Shown one piece after another: positions 1 to 14,265 of a DNA stretch of 64,000 nucleotides (position 1 is its first letter; every line of letters begins with the position of its first letter). Location: assembly GCF_003334765.1 (NCBI RefSeq), contig NZ_QOWT01000011.1. One strand, written 5' to 3'. Source of the DNA: Escherichia coli (GTDB taxonomy: Bacteria; Pseudomonadota; Gammaproteobacteria; Enterobacterales; Enterobacteriaceae). The translations under genes and the position numbers were made by a program. The notes under the pieces are model-generated. The model worked only from the letters and a program-made list of their open reading frames with translations. It had not been told where the DNA came from and searched no databases.

Positions 1-1103
<1,103 letters not shown>

Positions 1104-1150
1104 TAATTTCACTATTTTCAGAAGGATAATTAATCTTTCTACGTGCACGA

Positions 1151-1200
1151 ACGGTCCCCTCGCCCCTTTGGGGTGAGGGTTAGGGTGAGGGGAACCCGTT
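1151..1200. repeat. GC-rich imperfect palindromic element downstream of tldD
   Basis: acggtcccctcgcccctttggggtgagggttagggtgaggggaacccgtt; CCCCTCGCCCC / GGGTGAGGG arms; a second related copy lies at 19008-19043. Confidence 0.5.
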
Positions 1201-1236
1201 GGCACAGGTTTGTACAACGTAACAGTACAATATGAA

Positions 1237-2166
1237 TTACTTCTCTTTCCCGCGCCCGTGCATCTCCTGAAACAATTTACCGACCTCAACAAAATAATCC
1301 GTCAGCGAGTTGATCACGACCTGTACCTTCAGCGGCAGCTTATCTTTTTCGGTATATAACGCATAAACCGGGCGTGGATCTGACTGGTAACGCGGCAGCA
1401 GGATCTCCAGCTCCCCACGATTGATCTCGTTGATCACCCACATCAGCGGCACGTAGGCGATCCCGGCACCCGCCGTCAGCCAGCGCACCAGCGTCATCGG
1501 ATCATTAGTCACAAATCTTCCTTGTGGGATCAGGCGAGTCGAGATCCCTTCCGGTGCGATCAGTTCAAATTCATTGTCGGGCCGCACGCTGTATTCAAGC
1601 CATGAATGACTACTCAAATCGGCGGGTTTTTCCGGTATGCCGTATTGTGTGAGATAGCTTTTCGCGGCGCACACCACCATTGGCATCGCGCCCAGACGGC
1701 GGGAAAACAGGCTGGAATCCTGCAACGCGCCGACGCGGATCACCACATCCAGACCGTCGGCAATCAGGTCGGGGGCTGGAATTCCGGTAACCAGATTGAC
1801 GCTCAAACCTGGGTATTCTTTCAGCATTTTGGCTGTCAGCCCGGCGAGAACATTTTGTGCCATAGTTGAAGAACAGCCAATGCGTAGCGTCCCGATGGGG
1901 GTGTTATTGAAGGCATACAGTTGCTCATGAACATCCTGCACTTCATGAAGCATACGACGGCAGCCCTGGTAGTAAATTCTACCGGCTTCGGTCAGGCCAA
2001 TGCTGCGTGTGCTACGGTTTAACAGCTTTACCTGCAACTCATCTTCCAGTTTTGATACCGTCTGACTGATGGACGAAACGCTCATCTGTAGCTGTCTGGC
2101 GGCGGCGGTAAAAGAGCCAAATTCAACTACTTTGGCAAACACCGACATGCGTTTTAGTCGTTCCAT
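1237..2166 (-). CDS. aaeR: LysR-family transcriptional regulator AaeR
   Basis: 309 aa ORF with an N-terminal LysR helix-turn-helix region; divergent from aaeXAB. Confidence 0.9.
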   Translation of the reverse strand: MERLKRMSVFAKVVEFGSFTAAARQLQMSVSSISQTVSKLEDELQVKLLNRSTRSIGLTEAGRIYYQGCRRMLHEVQDVHEQLYAFNNTPIGTLRIGCSSTMAQNVLAGLTAKMLKEYPGLSVNLVTGIPAPDLIADGLDVVIRVGALQDSSLFSRRLGAMPMVVCAAKSYLTQYGIPEKPADLSSHSWLEYSVRPDNEFELIAPEGISTRLIPQGRFVTNDPMTLVRWLTAGAGIAYVPLMWVINEINRGELEILLPRYQSDPRPVYALYTEKDKLPLKVQVVINSLTDYFVEVGKLFQEMHGRGKEK

Positions 2167-2348
2167 TATTCACTCTGACTTAAAAGTGATTTAGATCACA
2201 TAATATAGATAACAGCATAACAGTTACGCTAATATATTAAATATCAATCTACAGCAATGTTGCTCTCGCCCGGCTTTCCATGCCCTTCTCTGCGGCGACA
2301 GATGCTGAAAATAATAACGCCTGCTCTCTCTTTACAACCAAGGTCAAC

Positions 2349-2552
2349 ATGAGTCTGTTTCCCGTTATCGTGGTGTTTGGGCTGTCCTTCCCACCGATAT
2401 TTTTTGAATTGCTTTTATCACTGGCGATTTTCTGGCTGGTGCGCCGGGTACTTGTGCCAACAGGTATCTACGACTTTGTCTGGCATCCGGCGTTGTTCAA
2501 CACCGCGCTCTATTGCTGCTTGTTTTATTTGATATCGCGACTGTTCGTTTGA
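2349..2552 (+). CDS. aaeX: Small membrane protein AaeX
   Basis: 67 aa from the internal ATG at 2349 of ORF 2280..2552 ([12 protein letters not shown]...); hydrophobic; immediately upstream of aaeA. Confidence 0.8.
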
Positions 2553-2559
2553 GGTTGAA

Positions 2560-3492
2560 GTGAAAACACTAATAAGAAAATTCTCCCGTACGGCCATCAC
2601 GGTCGTATTAGTCATTCTGGCCTTCATCGCAATTTTTAATGCCTGGGTCTATTACACCGAATCCCCCTGGACGCGTGACGCGCGCTTTAGCGCTGACGTC
2701 GTTGCGATCGCGCCGGACGTTTCTGGACTCATTACCCAGGTGAATGTTCATGATAACCAGCTGGTGAAAAAAGGACAGATACTGTTCACCATCGACCAGC
2801 CGCGCTATCAAAAGGCGCTTGAGGAAGCGCAAGCCGATGTTGCTTATTATCAGGTACTGGCACAGGAGAAACGCCAGGAGGCCGGACGTCGTAACCGTCT
2901 CGGTGTGCAGGCGATGTCTCGCGAAGAGATCGACCAGGCCAACAACGTACTACAAACGGTTCTGCATCAGTTAGCGAAAGCGCAGGCGACCCGCGATCTG
3001 GCAAAACTGGATCTTGAACGCACGGTGATCCGCGCGCCAGCAGATGGCTGGGTGACCAACCTCAACGTCTATACCGGTGAGTTTATTACTCGAGGATCAA
3101 CGGCGGTTGCGCTGGTGAAACAGAACTCCTTCTATGTACTGGCCTATATGGAAGAAACTAAGCTGGAAGGGGTGCGTCCGGGGTATCGTGCAGAGATCAC
3201 GCCGCTTGGCAGTAACAAAGTGCTGAAAGGGACTGTTGATAGTGTTGCCGCAGGGGTCACCAACGCCAGCAGCACGCGTGACGACAAAGGGATGGCGACT
3301 ATAGACTCTAACCTTGAATGGGTGCGTCTTGCGCAACGTGTTCCGGTTCGTATTCGTCTCGACAACCAGCAAGAGAACATCTGGCCTGCGGGCACCACTG
3401 CTACAGTGGTGGTCACTGGCAAACAAGATCGCGACGAAAGCCAGGATTCGTTCTTCCGTAAAATGGCCCATCGCCTGCGTGAGTTTGGTTAA
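2560..3492 (+). CDS. aaeA: p-Hydroxybenzoic acid efflux pump subunit AaeA (membrane fusion protein)
   Basis: 310 aa ORF with a GTG start and an N-terminal transmembrane anchor; precedes aaeB. Confidence 0.9.
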
Positions 3493-3497
3493 TCACG

Positions 3498-5465
3498 ATG
3501 GGTATTTTCTCCATTGCTAACCAACATATTCGCTTTGCGGTAAAACTGGCGACCGCCATTGTACTGGCGCTGTTTGTTGGCTTTCACTTCCAGCTGGAAA
3601 CGCCACGCTGGGCGGTACTGACAGCGGCGATTGTTGCCGCCGGTCCGGCCTTTGCTGCGGGAGGTGAACCGTATTCTGGCGCTATTCGCTATCGTGGCTT
3701 TTTGCGCATCATCGGCACATTTATTGGCTGTATTGCCGGACTGGTGATCATCATTGCGATGATCCGCGCACCATTATTGATGATTCTGGTGTGCTGTATC
3801 TGGGCCGGTTTTTGTACCTGGATATCCTCGCTGGTACGAATAGAAAACTCGTATGCGTGGGGGCTGGCCGGTTATACCGCGCTGATCATTGTGATCACCA
3901 TTCAGCCGGAACCATTGCTTACGCCGCAGTTTGCCGTCGAACGTTGTAGCGAGATCGTTATCGGTATTGTGTGTGCGATTATGGCGGATTTGCTCTTTTC
4001 TCCGCGATCGATCAAACAAGAAGTGGATCGAGAGCTGGAAAGTTTGCTGGTCGCGCAATATCAATTAATGCAACTCTGTATCAAGCATGGCGATGGTGAA
4101 GTTGTCGATAAAGCCTGGGGCGACCTGGTGCGACGCACCACGGCGCTACAAGGCATGCGCAGCAACCTGAATATGGAATCTTCCCGCTGGGCGCGGGCCA
4201 ATCGACGTTTAAAAGCGATCAATACGCTATCGCTGACGCTGATTACCCAATCCTGCGAAACTTATCTTATTCAGAATACGCGCCCGGAATTGATCACTGA
4301 TACTTTCCGCGAATTTTTTGACACGCCGGTAGAAACCGCGCAGGACGTCCACAAGCAGCTCAAACGCCTGCGGAGAGTTATCGCCTGGACCGGGGAACGG
4401 GAAACGCCTGTCACCATTTATAGCTGGGTCGCGGCGGCAACGCGTTATCAGCTTCTCAAGCGCGGCGTTATCAGTAACACAAAAATCAACGCCACCGAAG
4501 AAGAGATCCTGCAAGGCGAACCGGAAGTAAAAGTAGAGTCAGCCGAACGTCATCATGCAATGGTTAACTTCTGGCGAACCACACTTTCCTGCATTCTGGG
4601 CACGCTTTTCTGGCTGTGGACGGGCTGGACTTCCGGCAGTGGTGCAATGGTGATGATTGCGGTAGTGACGTCACTGGCAATGCGTTTGCCGAATCCACGC
4701 ATGGTGGCGATCGACTTTATCTACGGGACGCTGGCCGCGCTGCCGTTAGGGCTGCTCTACTTTTTGGTGATTATCCCTAATACCCAACAGAGCATGTTGC
4801 TGCTGTGCATTAGCCTGGCAGTGCTGGGATTCTTCCTCGGTATAGAAGTACAGAAACGGCGACTGGGCTCGATGGGGGCACTGGCCAGCACCATAAATAT
4901 TATCGTGCTGGATAACCCGATGACTTTCCATTTCAGTCAGTTTCTCGACAGCGCATTAGGGCAAATCGTCGGCTGTGTGCTCGCGTTCACCGTTATTTTG
5001 CTGGTGCGGGATAAATCGCGCGACAGGACCGGACGTGTACTGCTTAATCAGTTTGTTTCTGCCGCTGTTTCCGCGATGACTACCAATGTGGCACGTCGTA
5101 AAGAGAACCACCTCCCGGCACTTTATCAGCAGCTGTTTTTGCTGATGAATAAGTTCCCAGGGGATTTGCCGAAATTTCGCCTGGCGCTGACGATGATTAT
5201 CGCGCACCAGCGCCTGCGTGATGCACCGATCCCGGTTAACGAGGATTTATCGGCGTTTCACCGACAAATGCGCCGCACAGCAGACCATGTGATATCTGCC
5301 CGTAGCGATGATAAACGTCGTCGGTACTTTGGCCAGTTGCTGGAAGAACTGGAAATCTACCAGGAAAAGCTACGCATCTGGCAAGCGCCACCGCAGGTGA
5401 CGGAACCGGTAAATCGGCTGGCGGGGATGCTCCATAAGTATCAACATGCGTTGACCGATAGTTAA
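3498..5465 (+). CDS. aaeB: p-Hydroxybenzoic acid efflux pump subunit AaeB
   Basis: 655 aa polytopic membrane protein ORF followed by a rho-independent terminator. Confidence 0.9.
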   Translation: MGIFSIANQHIRFAVKLATAIVLALFVGFHFQLETPRWAVLTAAIVAAGPAFAAGGEPYSGAIRYRGFLRIIGTFIGCIAGLVIIIAMIRAPLLMILVCCIWAGFCTWISSLVRIENSYAWGLAGYTALIIVITIQPEPLLTPQFAVERCSEIVIGIVCAIMADLLFSPRSIKQEVDRELESLLVAQYQLMQLCIKHGDGEVVDKAWGDLVRRTTALQGMRSNLNMESSRWARANRRLKAINTLSLTLITQSCETYLIQNTRPELITDTFREFFDTPVETAQDVHKQLKRLRRVIAWTGERETPVTIYSWVAAATRYQLLKRGVISNTKINATEEEILQGEPEVKVESAERHHAMVNFWRTTLSCILGTLFWLWTGWTSGSGAMVMIAVVTSLAMRLPNPRMVAIDFIYGTLAALPLGLLYFLVIIPNTQQSMLLLCISLAVLGFFLGIEVQKRRLGSMGALASTINIIVLDNPMTFHFSQFLDSALGQIVGCVLAFTVILLVRDKSRDRTGRVLLNQFVSAAVSAMTTNVARRKENHLPALYQQLFLLMNKFPGDLPKFRLALTMIIAHQRLRDAPIPVNEDLSAFHRQMRRTADHVISARSDDKRRRYFGQLLEELEIYQEKLRIWQAPPQVTEPVNRLAGMLHKYQHALTDS

Positions 5466-5468
5466 GTC

Positions 5469-5497
5469 AAAACCGACGCCAAAAGCGTCGGTTTTTT
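5469..5497 (+). terminator. Rho-independent terminator after aaeB
   Basis: Stem ccgacgc / gcgtcgg (5473-5491) followed by a T-run at 5492-5497. Confidence 0.8.
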
Positions 5498-5556
5498 CAT
5501 GGCTATACTTAGCGATGCACGGCAGAACTCGCCGCGAAACGTGACGGTGGCAACAG

Positions 5557-5829
5557 ATGAATATTTATACCTTTGATTTTGATGAGATTGAGAGTCAGGA
5601 GGATTTTTATCGTGACTTTAGCCAAACCTTTGGTCTGGCGAAAGATAAGGTACGCGATCTCGACTCACTATGGGATGTGTTAATGAACGATGTCCTGCCG
5701 CTACCACTTGAGATTGAATTTGTTCATCTGGGAGAGAAAACGCGTCGCCGTTTTGGCGCGTTAATATTGCTGTTTGATGAGGCGGAGGAAGAGCTGGAAG
5801 GGCATTTGCGTTTTAATGTTCGTCATTAG
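5557..5829 (+). CDS. yhcO: Barstar-like putative ribonuclease (barnase) inhibitor YhcO
   Basis: 90 aa ORF with an acidic C-terminus, recalled as barstar-family YhcO; position between aaeB and yhcN conserved. Confidence 0.85.
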   Translation: MNIYTFDFDEIESQEDFYRDFSQTFGLAKDKVRDLDSLWDVLMNDVLPLPLEIEFVHLGEKTRRRFGALILLFDEAEEELEGHLRFNVRH

Positions 5830-5832
5830 CGC

Positions 5833-5857
5833 AAAAAAAAGCCCCCGAACCGGGGGC
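5833..5857 (-). terminator. Rho-independent terminator after yhcN
   Basis: GC stem gcccccg-aac-cgggggc (5841-5857) preceded on the plus strand by an A8 run, which is the U-tract for the minus strand. Confidence 0.75.
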
Positions 5858-5884
5858 AATATCGTCGGACAAGACGATGAGGGT

Positions 5885-6148
5885 TTATTTGTACAGTTCA
5901 GCCGTAGCGTGCCAGGTGTCACCGCTACGAGCTTCAGTAATCTGGTAGGCCGTTGCGCCTTTCTCTTCCGCTTTTTTGTTCAGCATTTCACGCATATCCA
6001 TTGGCGAAGACGCCACACCACTTACGGATACGGTCCCGATTGCTTCACGATTTTGTGCTTGTGCAGCATCAATGGAGTCGGCAGCGAATGCACCGAAAGA
6101 GAGAACAGAAAGTACGCTTAATGCAGCAACAGTGGTTTTGATTTTCAT
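5885..6148 (-). CDS. yhcN: Periplasmic stress-induced DUF1471 protein YhcN
   Basis: 87 aa from the internal ATG (MKIKTTVAALSVLSVLSFGAFA...) with a signal peptide; AT-rich promoter region upstream. Confidence 0.85.
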   Translation of the reverse strand: MKIKTTVAALSVLSVLSFGAFAADSIDAAQAQNREAIGTVSVSGVASSPMDMREMLNKKAEEKGATAYQITEARSGDTWHATAELYK

Positions 6149-6512
6149 GATTTTTACCTCGACATAATCTTTTAGCTGGGCCTTTGTTTCGTGACCCATA
6201 TCACAAAATCAAGTATACACTAATTATTGAGCTAATTAATACCGCGCTAACTGTTTCAGTTGATACTAAGTGTTAAAAATGTGAATTTTAATAACAAAAA
6301 AGAATTAAAAATACGGTTATTTATCGTTAATTCTAGTTTTTTCAATTAGATAATGAATTTTGCATAATGTGCTTTTTTTACCTTATGTATTCATTGTGTG
6401 AATGACATGTCGCAGTAAAACGCACTATTCGTTAAATTAATCGCAGGGGAAAGCAGGGGGTTGAGAGGGATAAGCAACATTTTCCCCGCCGTCAGAAACG
6501 ACGGGGCAGAGA

Positions 6513-6986
<474 letters not shown>

Positions 6987-7010
6987 TCACCCGATATGGT
7001 GGTTGATACA

Positions 7011-7046
7011 ACATTATTGTGCATACAGATGAATTTTTATGCAAAC
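7011..7046. promoter_or_regulatory. Tandem ARG boxes (ArgR autoregulatory operator) in the argR promoter
   Basis: The minus-strand reading tgcataaaaattcatctgtatgcacaataatgt resembles the TNTGAAT-N4-ATTCANN ARG box, 30-60 bp upstream of the argR start. Confidence 0.5.
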
Positions 7047-7342
7047 AGTCAGCCCTGAAGAAGGCTGAAATAATGTTATGAAAGAGCGGGATTTTATCAA
7101 ATTTCGTTATTGAGAAACATGCCTGCGTCACGGCATGCAAATTCTGCTTAAAAGTAAATTAATTGTTATCAAATTGATGTTGTTTTGGCTGAACGGTAGG
7201 GTATATTGTCACCACCTGTTGGAATGTTGCGCTAATGCATAAGCGACTGTTAATTACGTAAGTTAGGTTCCTGATTACGGCAATTAAATGCATAAACGCT
7301 AAACTTGCGTGACTACACATTCTTGAGATGTGGTCATTGTAA

Positions 7343-8356
<1,014 letters not shown>

Positions 8357-8372
8357 TTGATTAGCGGATAAT

Positions 8373-8402
8373 AAAAAACCGGAGCACAGACTCCGGTTTT
8401 TT
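8373..8402. terminator. Bidirectional rho-independent terminator between convergent mdh and degS
   Basis: Hairpin ccggagcacagactccgg (8379-8396) flanked by an A-run (8373-8378) and a T-run (8397-8402). Confidence 0.85.
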
Positions 8403-8418
8403 GTTTTGAGCGCACGAC

Positions 8419-9486
8419 TTAATTGGTTGCCGGATATTCCTGAATGGTGACCTGCAGCGTTAACTGCTTATCATCACGCATCACTACTACAGGGATCACC
8501 GAACCAGGGCGAATTTCCGCCACCTGATCCATCGTCTCCAGAGCAGAGATGGCCGGTTTGTTATCCACCGAAATAATCAGATCGTTGACCTGAATACCCG
8601 CATTCGCCGCCGGGCCGTCAGGTGACACTTCATTAACCACGATCCCTTGCAGTTGATCTATACCACCGCCCTGCGCGTGCAGTGGTGCGATCTCACGTCC
8701 GCCGATACCAATGTAGCCGCGGATCACGCGACCATCGCGGATCAGCTTATCCATAATTTTGGTTGCTAACTGGAAAGGAATCGCAAAGCCGATACCTTCC
8801 GGCGTTTCGCCATCGTTACTCTTATCAAACGACAGCGTATTAATGCCCATCAGTTCGCCCAGCGAGTTCACCAGCGCGCCGCCAGAGTTACCGTGGTTAA
8901 TGGAAGCATCGGTTTGGAGGAAGTTTTGCCGCCCGGTCGGGTTCAGACCGATTCGACCCGTGGCACTAATAATCCCCTGGGTAATGGTCTGCCCGAGGTT
9001 GTACGGGTTACCGATCGCCAGTACTACGTCGCCAATGTGCGGTACGCGACGTGCATTAATTGGAATGGTAGGTAAACCGCCAGTGGCATTAATTTTAAGT
9101 ACCGCCAGATCGGTTAGAGAGTCAGATCCCACCAGCAATGCTTCAAATACACGTCCATCCTGTAAGGCGACGATGATCTGATCGGCGTCGTTGATGACGT
9201 GTTTATTGGTGATGATATAACCGCGTTGATCCATGATTACACCGGATCCCAGGGTGCGGATCTCAAGCTGGTTGTGAGAGTTGGTGTTCAAACCACGGTT
9301 GTAAACGTTAACCACCGCTGGCGCGGCGCGGCGAACCGCCAGATTATAGCTGGCAGGCGTCTCATCGGTACTGTCAAATTGCGGAGTGGAAAGCGGGTTA
9401 AGGCTGCGCAGCGAAGGCATGGCAACCAGCAGAATAGCGCCGACAATTAATCCAATCGCAACGGAACGTAAGAGCTTCACAAACAT
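8419..9486 (-). CDS. degS: Envelope-stress serine endoprotease DegS
   Basis: 355 aa ORF with trypsin-like protease and PDZ regions; adjacent to degQ. Confidence 0.95.
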   Translation of the reverse strand: MFVKLLRSVAIGLIVGAILLVAMPSLRSLNPLSTPQFDSTDETPASYNLAVRRAAPAVVNVYNRGLNTNSHNQLEIRTLGSGVIMDQRGYIITNKHVINDADQIIVALQDGRVFEALLVGSDSLTDLAVLKINATGGLPTIPINARRVPHIGDVVLAIGNPYNLGQTITQGIISATGRIGLNPTGRQNFLQTDASINHGNSGGALVNSLGELMGINTLSFDKSNDGETPEGIGFAIPFQLATKIMDKLIRDGRVIRGYIGIGGREIAPLHAQGGGIDQLQGIVVNEVSPDGPAANAGIQVNDLIISVDNKPAISALETMDQVAEIRPGSVIPVVVMRDDKQLTLQVTIQEYPATN

Positions 9487-9575
9487 GATGGAGGCGTCAT
9501 TAAAAAAGGGAACGGCAGCAGCATACCACGAGTTAACCGGACATCACACGTAAGCCTGATGCCCGGTTTACGACA

Positions 9576-10943
9576 TTAACGCATCAGCAGATAGATGCTT
9601 TCATTGCCGCGTACAATTTGCAGGGCGATGATGGCCGGTTTTGCCGCCAGCACTTTACGCATTTCAGCAATCGAGTTCACCCGATCGCGGTTGACGCCAA
9701 TGATCACATCGTCTTTTTGCAAGCCAGCCTGAGCAGCTGGGCTTCCTTTGACAACTTCATCGATTTTAATACCTTTGCCGCCATCTTTTAGCTGACCATC
9801 GCTCAACGTTGCACCTTCCAGCGCTGGCGTGATCATTTCAGCGCTGGCCGACGAAGAGGTGCTGGTATCGAGCGTCACTTCTACTTCCAGTGGTTTGCCG
9901 TTACGCAGCAGGCCAAGCTTCACTTTCGTGCCCGGCTCGGTGGTCGCGATACGAGAGCGCAACTCAGCAAAGCTATTCAGCGGTTTGCCGTTGAGGCTGG
10001 TAATAATATCGCCCGCTTTGACGCCCGCTTTTGCCGAGCCAGAACCTGGCAACACTTCGCTGACAAACGCGCCACGCTGCACGTCAAGGTTGAAGGCTTT
10101 GGCGATATCGGCACTCATCTCGGTGCCTTTGATGCCTAACAAACCGCGTTTGATTTCACCAAAGTCGATAAGCTGCTGCGCCAGTGTTCGCGCCATATTA
10201 CTGGGGATGGCAAATCCAATCCCGACGCTCCCGCCGCCAGGTGCAAGGATTGCAGTGTTGATGCCAATTAACTCACCGTTAAGGTTTAATAGTGCACCGC
10301 CGGAGTTACCGCGGTTAATGGAAGCATCTGTCTGGATAAAGTTTTCCAGACCTTCAAGATTCAACCCGCTGCGGCCTAATGCGGAAACAATGCCAGAGGT
10401 GGCGGTTTGCCCAAGGCCAAATGGGTTACCGACCGCTACGGCAAAATCACCGACGCGCAATTTATCGGAGTCGGCAATAGCGATTTGCGTTAATTTGCTC
10501 GGGTTTTGAATTTGTAACAGGGCGATATCGCTCTGGTCATCGCTACCAATCAGTTTTGCATCAAACTCGCGCCCATCATTGAGCTGAATACTGATTTTCT
10601 GTGCCTGATTAATCACATGGTTGTTGGTCAGCACATAGCCTTTACTGGCGTTGATGATGACACCGGAGCCTAAACCTTCGAAGGGTTGTGCAGGTTGATC
10701 CGGTAAATCATCACCAAAAAACTTTTTGAATTCTTCCGGGATTTTCTGTCCCTGACTGGCCGTTCCTTCCACCCGTACGCTCACCACTGCCGGAAGCACT
10801 TTTTCCAGCATTGGAGCCAGACTGGGGAGAGGGGCCTGATCGGCAACCTGGCCTGGAATCGACGCGACGGCCTGAAATGACGCCGAGAGAGTTAACCCGA
10901 CACTTAACGCTAATGCACTCAACAGCTGGGTTTGTTTTTTCAT
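9576..10943 (-). CDS. degQ: Periplasmic serine endoprotease DegQ
   Basis: 455 aa from the internal start MKKQTQLLSALALSVGL (signal peptide); HtrA-family protease with two PDZ domains. Confidence 0.9.
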   Translation of the reverse strand: MKKQTQLLSALALSVGLTLSASFQAVASIPGQVADQAPLPSLAPMLEKVLPAVVSVRVEGTASQGQKIPEEFKKFFGDDLPDQPAQPFEGLGSGVIINASKGYVLTNNHVINQAQKISIQLNDGREFDAKLIGSDDQSDIALLQIQNPSKLTQIAIADSDKLRVGDFAVAVGNPFGLGQTATSGIVSALGRSGLNLEGLENFIQTDASINRGNSGGALLNLNGELIGINTAILAPGGGSVGIGFAIPSNMARTLAQQLIDFGEIKRGLLGIKGTEMSADIAKAFNLDVQRGAFVSEVLPGSGSAKAGVKAGDIITSLNGKPLNSFAELRSRIATTEPGTKVKLGLLRNGKPLEVEVTLDTSTSSSASAEMITPALEGATLSDGQLKDGGKGIKIDEVVKGSPAAQAGLQKDDVIIGVNRDRVNSIAEMRKVLAAKPAIIALQIVRGNESIYLLMR

Positions 10944-11096
10944 TATTCCTGCTCTCGTACCTGAATGATAAGAAAAGAGATTCAAAACAGTTTGATGTTA
11001 TTGAATTTTCAGACGGCTAACAATGAGACACCAGATTAAATGATAGTCGGGGAGGGAGAGAAGAGGAGGGCGCAATGGCTGCGCCCGAAAAATAAA

Positions 11097-11495
11097 TTAG
11101 TCGCGCTTCGCGCCAGTACGCAGCAGGCCGGATGCGCCTTCAGAATAGTCGCGAGGCATCTGCACCGGTGCCTGATCGTTGCTGGCTTCAGACTCTGCCA
11201 GACGATTACGGAACGGGTTTGCTTCAGCAGACAGTTCCGGCAGCAGGCTGCTGGAGCTTTTTGCCATGTGCTGATACAGCTGGCGATAGTCGTGCGCCAT
11301 GGTATCCAGTAATTCCGCGCTGCGGGCAAAGTGGCTAACCAGCTCTTCGCGATACTCGTCCAGTTCAGCTTTATTCTTTTCCAGTTCGTACTGCAACGCC
11401 TGTTGCTGGCGTAGTTTACGATTACCAAAACGCATGGCCACAGCACCAATAATGATGCCGACGACTAACCCAATTAGCGCATATTCCCAGGTCAT
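11097..11495 (-). CDS. yhcB: Inner-membrane protein YhcB (ZapG)
   Basis: 132 aa from MTWEYALIGLVVG; single transmembrane helix plus coiled coil. Confidence 0.85.
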   Translation of the reverse strand: MTWEYALIGLVVGIIIGAVAMRFGNRKLRQQQALQYELEKNKAELDEYREELVSHFARSAELLDTMAHDYRQLYQHMAKSSSSLLPELSAEANPFRNRLAESEASNDQAPVQMPRDYSEGASGLLRTGAKRD

Positions 11496-11688
11496 GAACA
11501 TCTCCCGTTGTCTTTTGTTTCCGTAGGGTGTTGGCTTCAGGCTCCATGCCTGCGGCTGATTATGCCACTATAACCGTTAATTCCACAGAAGTGGAATCCC
11601 GACTGCATATCGCGTAGTGTAGAACGGCCTTTTTTTCGTCAACCGTGAACAACGGCGTACCGATTATTCAAGGAATAACAATAAGATC

Positions 11689-12816
11689 ATGCAAAGCGTT
11701 ACCCCAACATCGCAATACCTGAAGGCGCTTAATGAAGGCAGCCATCAACCCGACGACGTTCAAAAAGAGGCCGTCAGCCGCCTGGAAATTATTTATCAGG
11801 AACTCATCAATAGCACGCCACCAGCCCCCAGGACGAGTGGGCTAATGGCGCGGGTCGGTAAGCTGTGGGGTAAACGCGAAGACACAAAGCATACGCCAGT
11901 GCGTGGCTTATATATGTGGGGCGGTGTAGGACGCGGGAAAACCTGGCTGATGGACCTTTTCTATCAAAGCCTGCCGGGAGAGCGGAAACAGCGCCTGCAC
12001 TTTCACCGTTTTATGCTGCGGGTGCATGAAGAGCTAACTGCCTTACAGGGGCAGACCGATCCGCTGGAAATTATTGCCGATCGCTTTAAAGCCGAAACTG
12101 ACGTGCTCTGTTTTGACGAATTTTTTGTTTCTGATATTACCGATGCCATGCTACTTGGCGGTCTGATGAAAGCCCTGTTCGCTCGCGGTATTACCCTGGT
12201 AGCGACGTCAAATATTCCGCCGGATGAACTTTATCGAAATGGCCTGCAACGTGCGCGTTTTCTGCCTGCAATCGATGCCATTAAACAGCATTGTGATGTA
12301 ATGAACGTGGACGCTGGTGTTGATTATCGTCTGCGTACACTCACTCAGGCGCATCTGTGGCTTTCGCCACTTCACGATGAAACCCGGGCGCAAATGGATA
12401 AACTATGGTTGGCGCTGGCGGGGGGGAAACGAGAAAATTCACCGACGTTAGAAATCAACCATCGGCCATTAGCAACAATGGGCGTCGAGAACCAGACGCT
12501 GGCGGTCTCTTTTACTACGCTGTGCGTCGACGCCCGCAGTCAGCATGACTATATTGCGCTCTCACGTCTCTTTCATACGGTCATGTTGTTTGATGTACCA
12601 GTTATGACGCGGTTGATGGAGAGCGAAGCGCGGCGCTTTATTGCGCTGGTGGATGAGTTTTACGAGCGCCATGTCAAATTAGTGGTGAGTGCAGAAGTGC
12701 CGCTGTATGAAATTTATCAGGGCGATCGGCTGAAGTTTGAGTTCCAGCGTTGCCTGTCACGTCTGCAAGAGATGCAAAGCGAAGAGTATCTGAAGCGCGA
12801 GCATTTGGCGGGTTAA
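11689..12816 (+). CDS. zapE: Cell-division ATPase ZapE (YhcM)
   Basis: 375 aa ORF with a Walker A motif (GGVGRGKT); divergent from yhcB. Confidence 0.9.
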   Translation: MQSVTPTSQYLKALNEGSHQPDDVQKEAVSRLEIIYQELINSTPPAPRTSGLMARVGKLWGKREDTKHTPVRGLYMWGGVGRGKTWLMDLFYQSLPGERKQRLHFHRFMLRVHEELTALQGQTDPLEIIADRFKAETDVLCFDEFFVSDITDAMLLGGLMKALFARGITLVATSNIPPDELYRNGLQRARFLPAIDAIKQHCDVMNVDAGVDYRLRTLTQAHLWLSPLHDETRAQMDKLWLALAGGKRENSPTLEINHRPLATMGVENQTLAVSFTTLCVDARSQHDYIALSRLFHTVMLFDVPVMTRLMESEARRFIALVDEFYERHVKLVVSAEVPLYEIYQGDRLKFEFQRCLSRLQEMQSEEYLKREHLAG

Positions 12817-12947
12817 AACCTGTCACAAATCACAAAAAGGGGTCGATCTTTGACCCCGACTTCTCTATAATCCTGCGACCCCACGTTACAAGAAAGTTTT
12901 TTTCCCAAAACTTTTTGTGTGCTGGCATAGGCTATTCGAAGGGGTAG

Positions 12948-13463
<516 letters not shown>

Positions 13464-13475
13464 TCGGGATTATAG

Positions 13476-13871
<396 letters not shown>

Positions 13872-13903
13872 TTGGCTTCTGCTCCGGCAGAAAACAATTT
13901 TCG

Positions 13904-13930
13904 AAAAAACCCGCTTCGGCGGGTTTTTTT
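13904..13930 (+). terminator. Rho-independent terminator of the rplM-rpsI operon
   Basis: aaaaaacccgcttcggcgggttttttt: GC stem with a tetraloop-like loop followed by T7. Confidence 0.85.
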
Positions 13931-14265
13931 ATAGCTAAAATCTGAATCAGCGTAAAAACTGGAAAGTTGCTTTTTGCTGCCACCTGACAGACAGGTAAAA
14001 CAAAAACCACATCGCCAATAAGGGACTAAGTCAACTATTTCAGACTAAAGCGCATCTCTTTTTCCCCATTTCCGGCATCGACTCACCACAATGGTCGCAA
14101 AATCTGGTAAACTATCATCCAATTTTCTGCCCAAATGTCGGGTATTGCTCATTTTTTGTTTGATTTTCGAACAAAGAGAGTCGTTCCTTATTGGGTAACA
14201 CAACTTCTGACTGGCCACCTGGTGGCTGGTAGCAGTAAAAATTCTGACTATACCTGGAGGTTTTC

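Noticed and set aside
6200-6512. AT-rich 300 bp region between yhcN and argR as a possible mobile-element remnant or small gene
   Set aside because: No inverted repeats, no ORF and no transposase fragments; it reads as an ordinary AT-rich promoter region for yhcN.
9829-10509. 226 aa plus-strand ORF antisense to degQ
   Set aside because: Ser/Pro/Ala-rich antisense artefact within a strongly supported protease gene.
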